Assembly: GCF_006345805.1 (NCBI RefSeq)
Contig: NW_021826998.1
Coordinates: forward strand, 1-11,369
Direction of reading: 5' to 3'
From: Octopus sinensis
Lineage: Eukaryota
DNA length: 11,369 nucleotides
Shown piece by piece: positions 1-8,777 of the stretch (position 1 is the first letter of the stretch; every line of letters begins with the position of its first letter). Below the pieces are notes generated by a model. That model did no database searches. It saw only the letters and a program-made list of their open reading frames with translations, and was not told the DNA's origin. Position numbers and translations under genes: made by a program.

Positions 1-144
1 TGCCAATGTTTGGTAAAATCTTTTGTGTTACTATGAAAGGGAATTTCTTCAACATTGTTGAAGAAATTTCTCATTGATAAAAGATCGGGAAATAATTGGA
101 ATTTAAACATGACCAAGTCCCCGATTCTTTTTACACGAAACTGT

Positions 145-264
145 CTCTTTCTTTCTTTCTTTCTTCCTTTCCTTCTTTCTTTCTTCCTTTCTTCCTTTCT
201 TTCTTTCTTTCTTTTTATTCTTTTACTCCTTTCTTTGTATCTCTCTATGTCTTTGTCTTCTCCC

Positions 265-295
<31 letters not shown>

Positions 296-760
296 TCTCT
301 TTATTTCTTTCTGTCTCTATCTTTTATTTTCTATTGTCAATCTCTCTCTTTATCAAACACACACGCACTCTCTCCATCTCTCTCTCTCTCTTTCTTTCTC
401 TCTCCATGTATCTATATCTATGTCTTTATATATCTCTCTTTCTCTCAATTTCTTTCTATCTAGTACACACACACACACACACGCACACACACACGCCCAC
501 AAACACACACATACAAGCACACACTCATAGGCTCTATCCCTCTCTATTTATCTATCTATCTATCTAACTCTATCCATCTCTCTATACCTATTTCTTCATA
601 TATATAATATATCTCTTTCCTTCTCAGTCTCTCAATTTAGCTCACACACACACACATATCTACACTCACACTTGCACACACACGCCTACACACATGCGCA
701 CCCACAGACACATTCTCGATACCTGTGTGCGTGTGCGTGCATCCGTGCGTGCGTGGGTGT
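145..760. repeat. Compound microsatellite: (CT)n/(CTTT)n, then (CA)n, (TCTA)n, (CA)n and (GT)n
   Basis: Directly visible. It explains the low-complexity ORFs 55..567 and 96..530. Confidence 0.95.
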
Positions 761-979
761 TAGTAATCTATTACTTGCTGAGATTGCTGACAGAGTAACA
801 CAAAGTTCTAATGTTCGGTAAGTGCTTTGACACGAAACTGTTGGCCGTTGAGTCACCCGTGTAACAATCACAGCCAACAAAAGGTTTTATATGTTTATGT
901 TCTGTCCCCTGCGCATTGAGTTCTCTTTCTTGAATGTCTTTCTCGCGTTTATAAAGCTAATCGCTAACTATATACCAAC

Positions 980-1175
980 ATACATACATAAATACAAACA
1001 TACACACGCATATATATACATGCATATATATATATATATATATATATAATATAATATATATATATATATATATATAATATATAACATATAATATACATAT
1101 ATAATGTGTGTGTGTTGTGGTGTGTGTGTGTGTATGTATGTATGTATGTAGTTGTATGTACAACACATGTTCTAT

Positions 1176-1246
<71 letters not shown>

Positions 1247-1250
1247 TATA
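980..1250. repeat. Compound microsatellite (TACA)/(TA)/(TG)/(TATG) ending in a pure (TAGA)n tract at 1177-1246
   Basis: Directly visible; about 17 uninterrupted TAGA units. Confidence 0.95.
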
Positions 1251-1284
1251 CGTACGTTGTTAGCACGTTATTAACGCCAGAAGA

Positions 1285-1400
1285 AATGAAGAAGGAGTGC
1301 TCAATACACCTTGTAGAAGATACAGCTTCTTTCTGAAAGCTTGTTTCACGAGCCGAGTTTCACGCCACTGCGATCATCAGGCAAAACTGTTTCACCTACG
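1285..1400 (-). mobile_element. Possible Penelope-like element terminal fragment with a degenerate hammerhead core
   Basis: The minus strand reads CCTGATGA-TCGC-AGTG-GCGT-GAAAC (plus 1357-1381), the CUGANGA/stem II/GAAAC arrangement typical of Penelope-like element ends. Stems I and III do not form in this copy. Confidence 0.35.
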
Positions 1401-1698
1401 ACGAGTCAAAACGTTGTGATATCAAATATATCATTGTTGCTAAATTGATCATCATATTATTTTCATCCACCGGGTAAATATATCGCTTAGCATTATATAA
1501 AATGATTATTACCAGAGAAAATGCATCATGTGACATTATATAAGCAATTAGATGTGAATTCAAAGCTATAAAATCCCAATTTACAATCTGGCGATTGTCT
1601 TAGGAATCTTGAAAAATGATTGAATACTGAAGTAGACTTATAGTCGAACAGAATTTCGTCGGTGCCAAAACTTCATGTCGTGAAAGGAAATGCCAAGA

Positions 1699-1885
1699 TA
1701 CTCTTTTGCTTGTTTCATTTATTGGACTTCTGTCATGCTGGAGCCGGCATTGAGGGATCTGGCCGAACAAATCGGCGCCCCTCACCCGGGGACTTGTTTT
1801 TTTTTTATGTCTGGTATTTATTCTTTTGCCGAACTGCTAAATTACGGGAACATAACCAAACCGACAAACAAAAATTCAAAGACAA
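1699..1885 (-). mobile_element. SINE family 1, 3' half only (5'-truncated), diverged
   Basis: Reverse complement of 9840-10042: tactcttttgcttgtttca, catgctggagc, ttttgccgaactgctaa and ttacggg match caagtaaaagagta, gctccagcatg and ttagcggttcggcaaaa. It has small indels and no tRNA head. Confidence 0.85.
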
Positions 1886-1981
1886 TACACACACACACAC
1901 ACACACAACACACACATATATGTGGCGTGTGTGTGTGTGTGTATACATATAGAGAGAGAGATACATATATATATATGTATA

Positions 1982-2012
<31 letters not shown>

Positions 2013-2042
2013 ATCAATGCATATATATATATATATATACAT

Positions 2043-2093
<51 letters not shown>

Positions 2094-2135
2094 GTATATT
2101 ATATTTAAAAAAAGTGTATATCTATATAACACGCA
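1886..2135. repeat. (CA)n/(TG)n/(AT)n compound microsatellite at the 5' side of the minus-strand SINE fragment
   Basis: Directly visible. Confidence 0.95.
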
Positions 2136-2427
2136 CACGCAGATATTTGTAAAAGTGATAGAAATGGCTTTTCTAATCATTTTTCCACTTTAATAATTAA
2201 ATGTTCATAAATTAACTTATAAACATCTAATTACACTGAATTACAGAGAAATTGAGGCAAACATAGAAACAGTTGTTCTAGCCTGATTTTGGGGGACGGG
2301 GCTGATTTTTGATACAAAACCAGTTTTCACTCATCACCTCTAGTTTTTAAGATATACATTATTATGATTTTGTGACAATTCACGTAACCATGTATATGAT
2401 TAGTTTTTATTTAGTTTCCAGGTTTTG

Positions 2428-2542
2428 TGATATATATGTAGTATGTATGTATATATATATGTGTATATATATATTATAATATATATATATATTATATATA
2501 TATATATATAATATATAATAATTCGAGACAGTATTATTATTT

Positions 2543-2600
<58 letters not shown>

Positions 2601-2641
2601 TAATATACATACATACATGCACATACACATATGCATGTCTG

Positions 2642-2681
<40 letters not shown>

Positions 2682-2730
2682 GTGTGTGTGTGTTGTTATG
2701 TGTGTATGTGTGTGTGCGTGTGTATGTGCG
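2428..2730. repeat. (AT)n/(TG)n compound microsatellite
   Basis: Directly visible. Confidence 0.95.
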
Positions 2731-2916
2731 TATTTGTGTTCGTTCCTCGACACTCATTGACTACCAGTGTTGGTTTGTCCGCGCTTCAGCAAAAATCTAT
2801 CGATAGAGTAAATATCAGGCTTAGAACAATATAATAACCAGGGTGAATTTGTTCAATGAAACCCATTGAGGTGGTGCTGCAGACTGGCCGCAGCCCAATG
2901 AATGAAATCAGTAACA
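2730..2916 (+). mobile_element. SINE family 1, 3' half only, highly diverged
   Basis: Collinear with 9830-10030: ccagtgttggt~ccgatgctggt, cagcaaaa-tcgatagagtaa~cggcaaaa-ccgatagaataa, gaggtggtgctgcagactggccgcagcccaatgaatgaaa~aaggcggtgctccagcatggccgcagtcaaatgactgaaa. Confidence 0.75.
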
Positions 2917-3017
2917 GTTGGAAAAGTGCTCAGGAGTAGATAATAATATTTGTATTTGTAATCTTGCTATTGCTGAGTTCTGATAAAGTTGAAGGCACTA
3001 TCAACCCTAACAGCGGA

Positions 3018-3058
3018 TAAATGCTAAGAATATTGCTCGGCGCAGTAACGATTCTACC
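3018..3058 (-). mobile_element. Short diverged head fragment of SINE family 2
   Basis: aatgctaagaatattgctcggcgcagtaacgattctacc resembles taagcatttcgcccggcgtgctaacgtttccgcc at 8977-9010. Confidence 0.5.
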
Positions 3059-3079
3059 TTAAACAAATACAGCTCCCGG

Positions 3080-3219
3080 GCTGGTAATTTTTTATTGACA
3101 CCGAAAGGATAAAACACAGGGTTAACACCCACAGCATTTGAACTCAAAGTGTGATTGATCGTAACAAATACTGCGTAAAATTCTATAAAGCGTTGTAACA
3201 ACTCTGCTACTTTGCCACC
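3080..3219 (-). mobile_element. Old diverged SINE family 2 (or related) copy
   Basis: ctggta-ttttttattgacaccgaaaggataaaa and atttgaactcaaa match ctggtatttaatttatcgaccccgaaaggatgaaa and atttgaactcaaa at 8905-8973; it ends in ctctgctactttgccacc~ttccgccagctcgccgcc. Confidence 0.7.
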
Positions 3220-3240
3220 TCAGTTACTGGGTCTGCAATT

Positions 3241-3256
3241 TAAGTTACATAATTAA
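3241..3256 (+). repeat. Left target-site duplication TAAGTTACATAATTAA
   Basis: Identical 16-mer at 3855-3870, directly abutting both ends of the SINE trimer. Confidence 0.85.
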
Positions 3257-3468
3257 GGCGGCGAGCTGGCAGAAACTTAGCACGCCGGGCGAAATGCTTA
3301 GCGGTACATCGTCTGTCATTAAGTTCTGTGTTCAAATTCCACCGAGGTCAACTTTTCCTTTCGTCCTTTCGGGGTCGATAAATTAAGTACCAGTTGCGTA
3401 CTGGGATCGATCTAATCGACTAGCTACCTTCCCAAATAATTTCGGGCTTTGAGGGCAATAAAGAAATA
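3257..3468 (+). mobile_element. SINE family 2, unit 1 (full tRNA-like head, chimeric tail)
   Basis: Starts GGCGGCGAGC, with box A-like TGGCAGAAAC and box B GTTCAAATTCC. The central cctttc-tcctttcggggtcgataaattaagtaccag resembles, from memory, the Nin/Deu-type conserved SINE domain. Confidence 0.9.
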
Positions 3469-3684
3469 AGAAACGTTAGCCCGCCGGGCGAGATGCTTAG
3501 CGGTATTTCGTCTGTCTACGTTCTGAGTTCAAATTCCGCCGAGGTCGACTTTGCCTTTCATCCTTTCGGGGTCGATTAAATAAGTACCAGTTACGCACTG
3601 AGGTCGATATAATCGACTTAATCCGTTTGTCTGTCCTTGTTTGTCCCCTCCGTGTTTAGCCCCTTGTGGGTAGTAAAGAAATAG
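3469..3684 (+). mobile_element. SINE family 2, unit 2 (slightly 5'-truncated, tail type B)
   Basis: Begins agaaacgttagc and has the same body as unit 1. The tail ttaatccgtttgtctgtccttgtttgtcccctc...gccccttgtgggtagtaaagaaatag is shared with 8811-8880 on the minus strand. Confidence 0.9.
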
Positions 3685-3854
3685 ATATTTCGTCTGTCTT
3701 TACGTTCTGAGTTCAAACTCTAGCCGAGGTCGACTTTACCTTTCATCCTTTCAGAGTCGATAAATTAAATACCAGTTTATGTACTGGAGTCGTTTTAATC
3801 GACTGGTCCCCTCTCCAAAAATTTCGGGCCTTGTACCTAAATTAAAAAAGAATA
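3685..3854 (+). mobile_element. SINE family 2, unit 3 (5'-truncated, tail type A)
   Basis: Begins atatttcgtctgtctttacgttctgagttcaaa and has the same body. Its tail is ctggtcccctctccaaaaatttcgggccttgtacc followed by an A-rich end. Confidence 0.9.
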
Positions 3855-3870
3855 TAAGTTACATAATTAA
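3855..3870 (+). repeat. Right target-site duplication TAAGTTACATAATTAA
   Basis: Exact match to 3241-3256. Confidence 0.85.
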
Positions 3871-4134
3871 GTTGAGTTACGTATTTTCGTTAATTAAATG
3901 ACATGATTCATTCGCGATACGTAATTCACACATTTAAGTTATATATAAATGTTATGATGCATAGTTTAAAATGAACGATTTAATATTAATATTTAATTTG
4001 CATATTATAGTTAGATGACATAATTTACATATTTAAATTGAAGTTATGCAATTCATTATCATTACAATTGCGGTATTAAGACGAGATACGTAATTTGCAT
4101 AATTGTGTTACGCAATTAAGTTGCGTTACGTAAT
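3858..4134. promoter_or_regulatory. Candidate homotypic cluster of PAR-bZIP/NFIL3 (D-box)-type sites RTTAYGYAAY
   Basis: Perfect matches (either strand) at 3858, 4043, 4107 and 4125; one-mismatch sites at 3876, 3916, 4085 and 4094. Motif evidence only; function is not shown. Confidence 0.35.
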
Positions 4135-4194
4135 ATAAATATAATTATTTTGCTATTCAGATTTGAGTGCTGTGTTTTTCGCGAAATTAATAGC

Positions 4195-5295
4195 ATTATC
4201 GTCTACGTCATTGTCTTCATCGCCGTCATCATCTTCGTTGTCATCAGTTTCATATTATCATCATCGTCATCATCACCGTCATCACTATCATCAGTATTGT
4301 GGACGCTTTCGACGTTGTCGTTGCCATCCTCATCATTATCATTATCATCATCGGTATCATCGTCGTTTTCATCGTTATCATCTTCATCAGCATCATCGTC
4401 ATCAGCGTCGTCATCATCGTTCTCATCGTTATAATCATCATCAGCATCGACGTCGTAATCGTCATCGTTGTTATCATCGTCATCGTAGACGTCGTCGTCG
4501 TCGTCGTCATCATCATCATTGTCATTGTCGTCATCATCAACGTTGTCGTCGTCGTCATCATAATCATCACCACCACCACTATCATCATCATCATCATCAT
4601 CATCACCACCACCATCATCACTACGACAACTATCATCACAATCATCACCACCACCACTACCACCACCATCATCATCACCACCACCACCACCACCACCACC
4701 ATCATCATCATCACCACCACCACCACCACCATCATCACCACCACCACCACCATCATCATCATCACACCACCACCACCCCACCATCATCACCACCACTACC
4801 ACCACCACCATCATCATCATCACCACCACCCACCACCATCATCATCATCATCAACACCATCATCAACACCATCATCACCACCACCACCACCACCATCATC
4901 ATCATCACCACCACCACCACCATCATCATCATTACCACCACCACCATCATCACCACCACCACCACCATCACCACCACTACAACCATCATCATCATCATCA
5001 TCACCGTTCTGATTTGCTTTCGTTATCATTAGAACTCTGTTCGTGTCTGCTGGATTTATTTTCCAGTTAAATGGAAACGGCTGCCCTTTCCTCTTCTTTG
5101 GTCCTTTAAAACCATCGAGTCAGCCATCACCATCACCTCCACCGTCGCCGCTACCACCACAACCATAAAAAACAAACCCACCTCTGCCAGCAATACCACC
5201 ACCATCATCACTACCACCTTAACGATCAACACCACTATCAACACTACAACCACCACCACCATCACCATCACTCCCACCACAACCGTAGCCACTCC
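4195..5295. repeat. Long degenerate trinucleotide tract (ATC/GTC)n grading into (ACC/ATC)n, with a unique interruption at about 5010-5125
   Basis: Directly visible. It produces homopolymeric ORFs in all six frames (poly-H/S/I/T/P and poly-D/G/M/V). Confidence 0.95.
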
Positions 5296-5303
5296 TAATG
5301 CCG

Positions 5304-5312
5304 TTATTATTA

Positions 5313-5396
<84 letters not shown>

Positions 5397-5397
5397 C

Positions 5398-5429
<32 letters not shown>

Positions 5430-5480
5430 TATTTTATTATTATTTATCATTATTTTATTATTATTATTATTATTATTATC

Positions 5481-5512
<32 letters not shown>

Positions 5513-5564
5513 TTATTATTATATTATTATATTATTATTATTATTATTATCATATTATTATTAT
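5304..5564. repeat. (ATT)n microsatellite with ATC interruptions
   Basis: Directly visible. Confidence 0.95.
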
Positions 5565-5644
5565 ATACAATACAAAGAATGGAGATGTAAAAGTTATCAT
5601 GTCTGTATCGTTATAACAAGACTCCCGTTCTTATACAAGTCTAC

Positions 5645-5697
5645 AATACACACCACACACACAACCCACACACACACACACGCACACACACACACAT

Positions 5698-5774
<77 letters not shown>

Positions 5775-5858
5775 TATATGCATACATATATATATATAAA
5801 GAATACAAAGTAATTTCTTAATTATAATTATTCAATCTGTGCGTGTATGTGTATGGCA

Positions 5859-5918
<60 letters not shown>

Positions 5919-6400
5919 TGTGTGTGTATATGGTATGTATATGTATATACATATACATATATATATATATACATATATCTACATATATATATATGCATAT
6001 ATACGTATGCATAAACACACACGCGCATTTGTACAACACATGTATCAATATATGCATACATATCAGTATATATATGTTATATATATATATGTGATATATG
6101 CACACAACACAACACACACACACATATATATATATATTATATATATATATATATATATGCGTGTGTGGATGTGGGTGTACGACTAAATATATTTGACAAC
6201 TGATAGATCGACAGATAGATACCATACATGTATATGTACTTATAAAAGAGTGTGTGTGTGTGTCTGTGTGCATTGTGTGTGTGTGTAAGAATTAATGAAA
6301 AAAAGAACAAAAGAGAGAGTAAACAGGGACAGACGGAGACAAAGAGAAAGAGAGAGAGAGAGAAAGAGAGAGAGAGGCTGACAGAGAGATAGAGTAACAA
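5645..6400. repeat. Compound microsatellite region (CA)/(AT)/(TG)/(TACA)/(AG) with short unique spacers
   Basis: Directly visible. Confidence 0.9.
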
Positions 6401-6546
6401 TATTGGAGAGAGTGTAAATGTAAGATTTTACAGAACGAGATTATGAACGAGAAGAAAACGAGAACTAGATACATTGAAGAAGAGACTTGGAGAAACAAAG
6501 ACAATGAAAAAAAAAAAAACAAAGAATTAAAAAATCGAAAAAACAA

Positions 6547-6608
6547 TACACACACACACAGACATACACACGAACACACACGAACACACACACACGAACA
6601 CACAGAAC
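6547..6608. repeat. (CA)n with a recurring CGAA interruption (about 10-bp ACACACGAAC units)
   Basis: acacacgaac appears three times, followed by acacagaac. Confidence 0.8.
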
Positions 6609-6919
6609 TACATTGAAATATATAGCAACATATATAGAAACAATTACTTGTGGAAAACCTTAAATTCTATACAAAAGTATATTTATCTTTTTGAGCAGAA
6701 AAATAATGCCGAAGACAACAAAGAAATCGTATGATTATTACCAATAGAAATGCCAGCTTTAATATATAAGAATTTCCATTCAAGTGTTGACACAATTTGC
6801 GTACAGATTCGAATACAATGAGTTACCAGATATTTCATACAATCACTCGCCAAATCTAAGACAATGGGTAGAGTAAATAGTTACAAAAGAATGTAAAATG
6901 ATTTAGAATAAGAAAGAAT

Positions 6920-6969
6920 ATTGTGTGTGTGTGTGGTTGTGTGCGTGGGGGTATTATGGGTGTATATTA

Positions 6970-7045
<76 letters not shown>

Positions 7046-7321
7046 CTATGTATATGTTGATTATTTTATACATATCTGCTATCTTGATATATATGAAATA
7101 TATATATGTATATATTATATATATATATATATATAACACATATATATATATATATTTATGATATATATATATATACATACAACAACTATTAGATGTCTGT
7201 TATATGTATGTGTATTGTGTATCTATATTACACATCAAATCACATATGTATTTGGATATTTTACATACAATATTCATATACATATATATATATATATATA
7301 TTATATATACATATACACATT

Positions 7322-7352
<31 letters not shown>

Positions 7353-7500
7353 TATATCTATATATACACGCATCAATATATAATATATGTATGTATATAA
7401 TATATATATAATATATATATATAATATATACATGTGTGTTATATATGTATGTATGTATATATATATATAAAGATACATACGCACACATACATACATAATG
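6920..7500. repeat. Large degenerate (AT)n/(TG)n/(TACA)n tract
   Basis: Directly visible. Confidence 0.95.
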
Positions 7501-7764
7501 AAAGGGTATATAAAAACCAATAAATATACAAAATAAATATACAAAAATAGAAAATTAATTCTATCATTTAAAAAATACCTGAAAATATGTTTTCTTTCAA
7601 TAAATATACAATAATTGATATAAAAAAGAACAAAAAAAAGTGTTTGTACCTAATGAAGAGAAATTAATGTTTCGTGTTAATTTTAGTGCGTGTCACGTCT
7701 AACATCCATATGAGAGTTATCGTTGCGAAAGGGTTTCGATCTTCAGTTATGTATTCGGTCATGT

Positions 7765-8045
7765 GAAGGCGCGTGGCCTAGTGGTTAAAGCGTTGCACTC
7801 ACAATCTAGCGGTCGCGAGTTCGGTTCCCGAGCCGAGTGTTGCTTCGTGTTTTTTTCTTTTTTAGCAGAACACTTCATTTCATGTTGTTCCGGTTCACTC
7901 AGCTGTAAATGCGTAACTCTGCGACGGACTTGACTTATGATTGGGGAGAATGTCTGCCTGCTCGCAGGCCATTCGAAAGCTAAAAAAAAAAGAAAGAAAT
8001 CATGCAAAGCGCATTGTGATCAGCGATGTATAACAACATCGATTG
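7765..8045 (+). mobile_element. SINE family 3 with a tRNA-derived head
   Basis: Box A TGGCCTAGTGG (7774-7784) and box B GTTCGGTTCC (7819-7828) at tRNA spacing (45 nt). The central acacttcatttcatgttg-cactcagctgtaaatg resembles, from memory, the Meta-type conserved SINE domain. There is an A-rich run at 7982-7999; the 3' boundary is uncertain. Confidence 0.8.
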
Positions 8046-8384
8046 TGATATTCATTCATAAAAATATCGAATTTGTCCGTCGCCATTTTACTACTTTTAT
8101 TGCGTGTTCTCCCCCATTGTGTTTCATTAACAGTTTTGATTAATTAGTCAATAATATAAAGTAATGCTTCGATATACGAGTTAATTTATTCCCGGTGACC
8201 TCTCGTAAAGGAGAGCAACAGTTTCCCATAGTAGCAATGCTATAAATTGTAATTCGTTTCCTGAAAAATATCTTACCAATAAAATTTGTAATACTCGTTA
8301 TTAAATGCCAATAAAACAAAAGTGGAATGTAAAGAATATTTTATATAAAGTAAAAAGAATGTCGAGATCTTTTGTAATACAAAA

Positions 8385-8655
8385 TATCATTATTATTATT
8401 ATTATTATTATCATCACCATTATTTTATTATCATTATTATTATTATTATTATCTTATCATCATTATTATTATTATTATTATTATCATCATTATTATTATT
8501 ATTATTATTATATATCTTATTATTATTATTATTATTGATTATTATATTATTATTATTATTATTATTATTATCATCATCATTCATTATTATTTATTATTAT
8601 TATATATTATTATCATTTTTCTAATCATTATTATTATATCGTTGTATATTATTGT
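8385..8655. repeat. (ATT)n/(ATC)n microsatellite
   Basis: Directly visible. Confidence 0.95.
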
Positions 8656-8777
8656 TGATTAGATTAAAATTACGTGTCTAGTTAGTAAACTTTTTTGCTC
8701 TATAACAACATCATAAGTTACAATAGAAACTTTTGGCACTTGAAAATCGGTCCTCTCGTAAAGTGGAAAGTGAGAGT

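Noticed and set aside
55-567. 170-aa and 144-aa ORFs
   Set aside because: Translations of CT and CA microsatellites with no domain content.
1502-1524. ATGATTATTACCA shared with 6731-6743
   Set aside because: AT-rich 13-mer without flanking similarity.
3257-3854. CRISPR-like or satellite array
   Set aside because: Eukaryotic context with long unequal units carrying Pol III boxes; these are SINE units, not short repeats with unique spacers.
4150-5032. His-, Ser-, Asp- and Gly-rich ORFs up to 289 aa as a real low-complexity protein (for example an acidic or His-rich structural protein)
   Set aside because: All six frames are open. The ATC/GTC variation is equally synonymous in opposite-strand frames and is explained by slippage and CpG decay. 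There is no signal peptide or unique domain.
5050-5170. Plus-strand acceptor-like ATTTATTTTCCAG followed by LNGNGCPFLFFGPLKPSS
   Set aside because: The frame runs into repeat-derived prolines and a stop, there is no donor site, and the peptide is not recognisable.
6827-6855. Possible 29-nt minus-strand micro-exon (pyrimidine tract plus AG, GTAACT donor) encoding LASDCMKYL
   Set aside because: Weak donor, no recognisable peptide and no partner exons; such signals arise often by chance.
7731-7747. Second hammerhead-like string CTGAAGA-TC-GAAAC on the minus strand
   Set aside because: Stem II is absent, so the core cannot fold.
7767-7840. Functional tRNA gene (CAC anticodon loop)
   Set aside because: The acceptor, anticodon and T stems have several mismatches, and the head continues into a SINE body.
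8029-8763. Two 12-bp direct repeats (TATAACAACATC at 8029/8701 and CCTCTCGTAAAG at 8199/8752)
   Set aside because: Different offsets and no extended homology; compatible with chance in AT-rich DNA.
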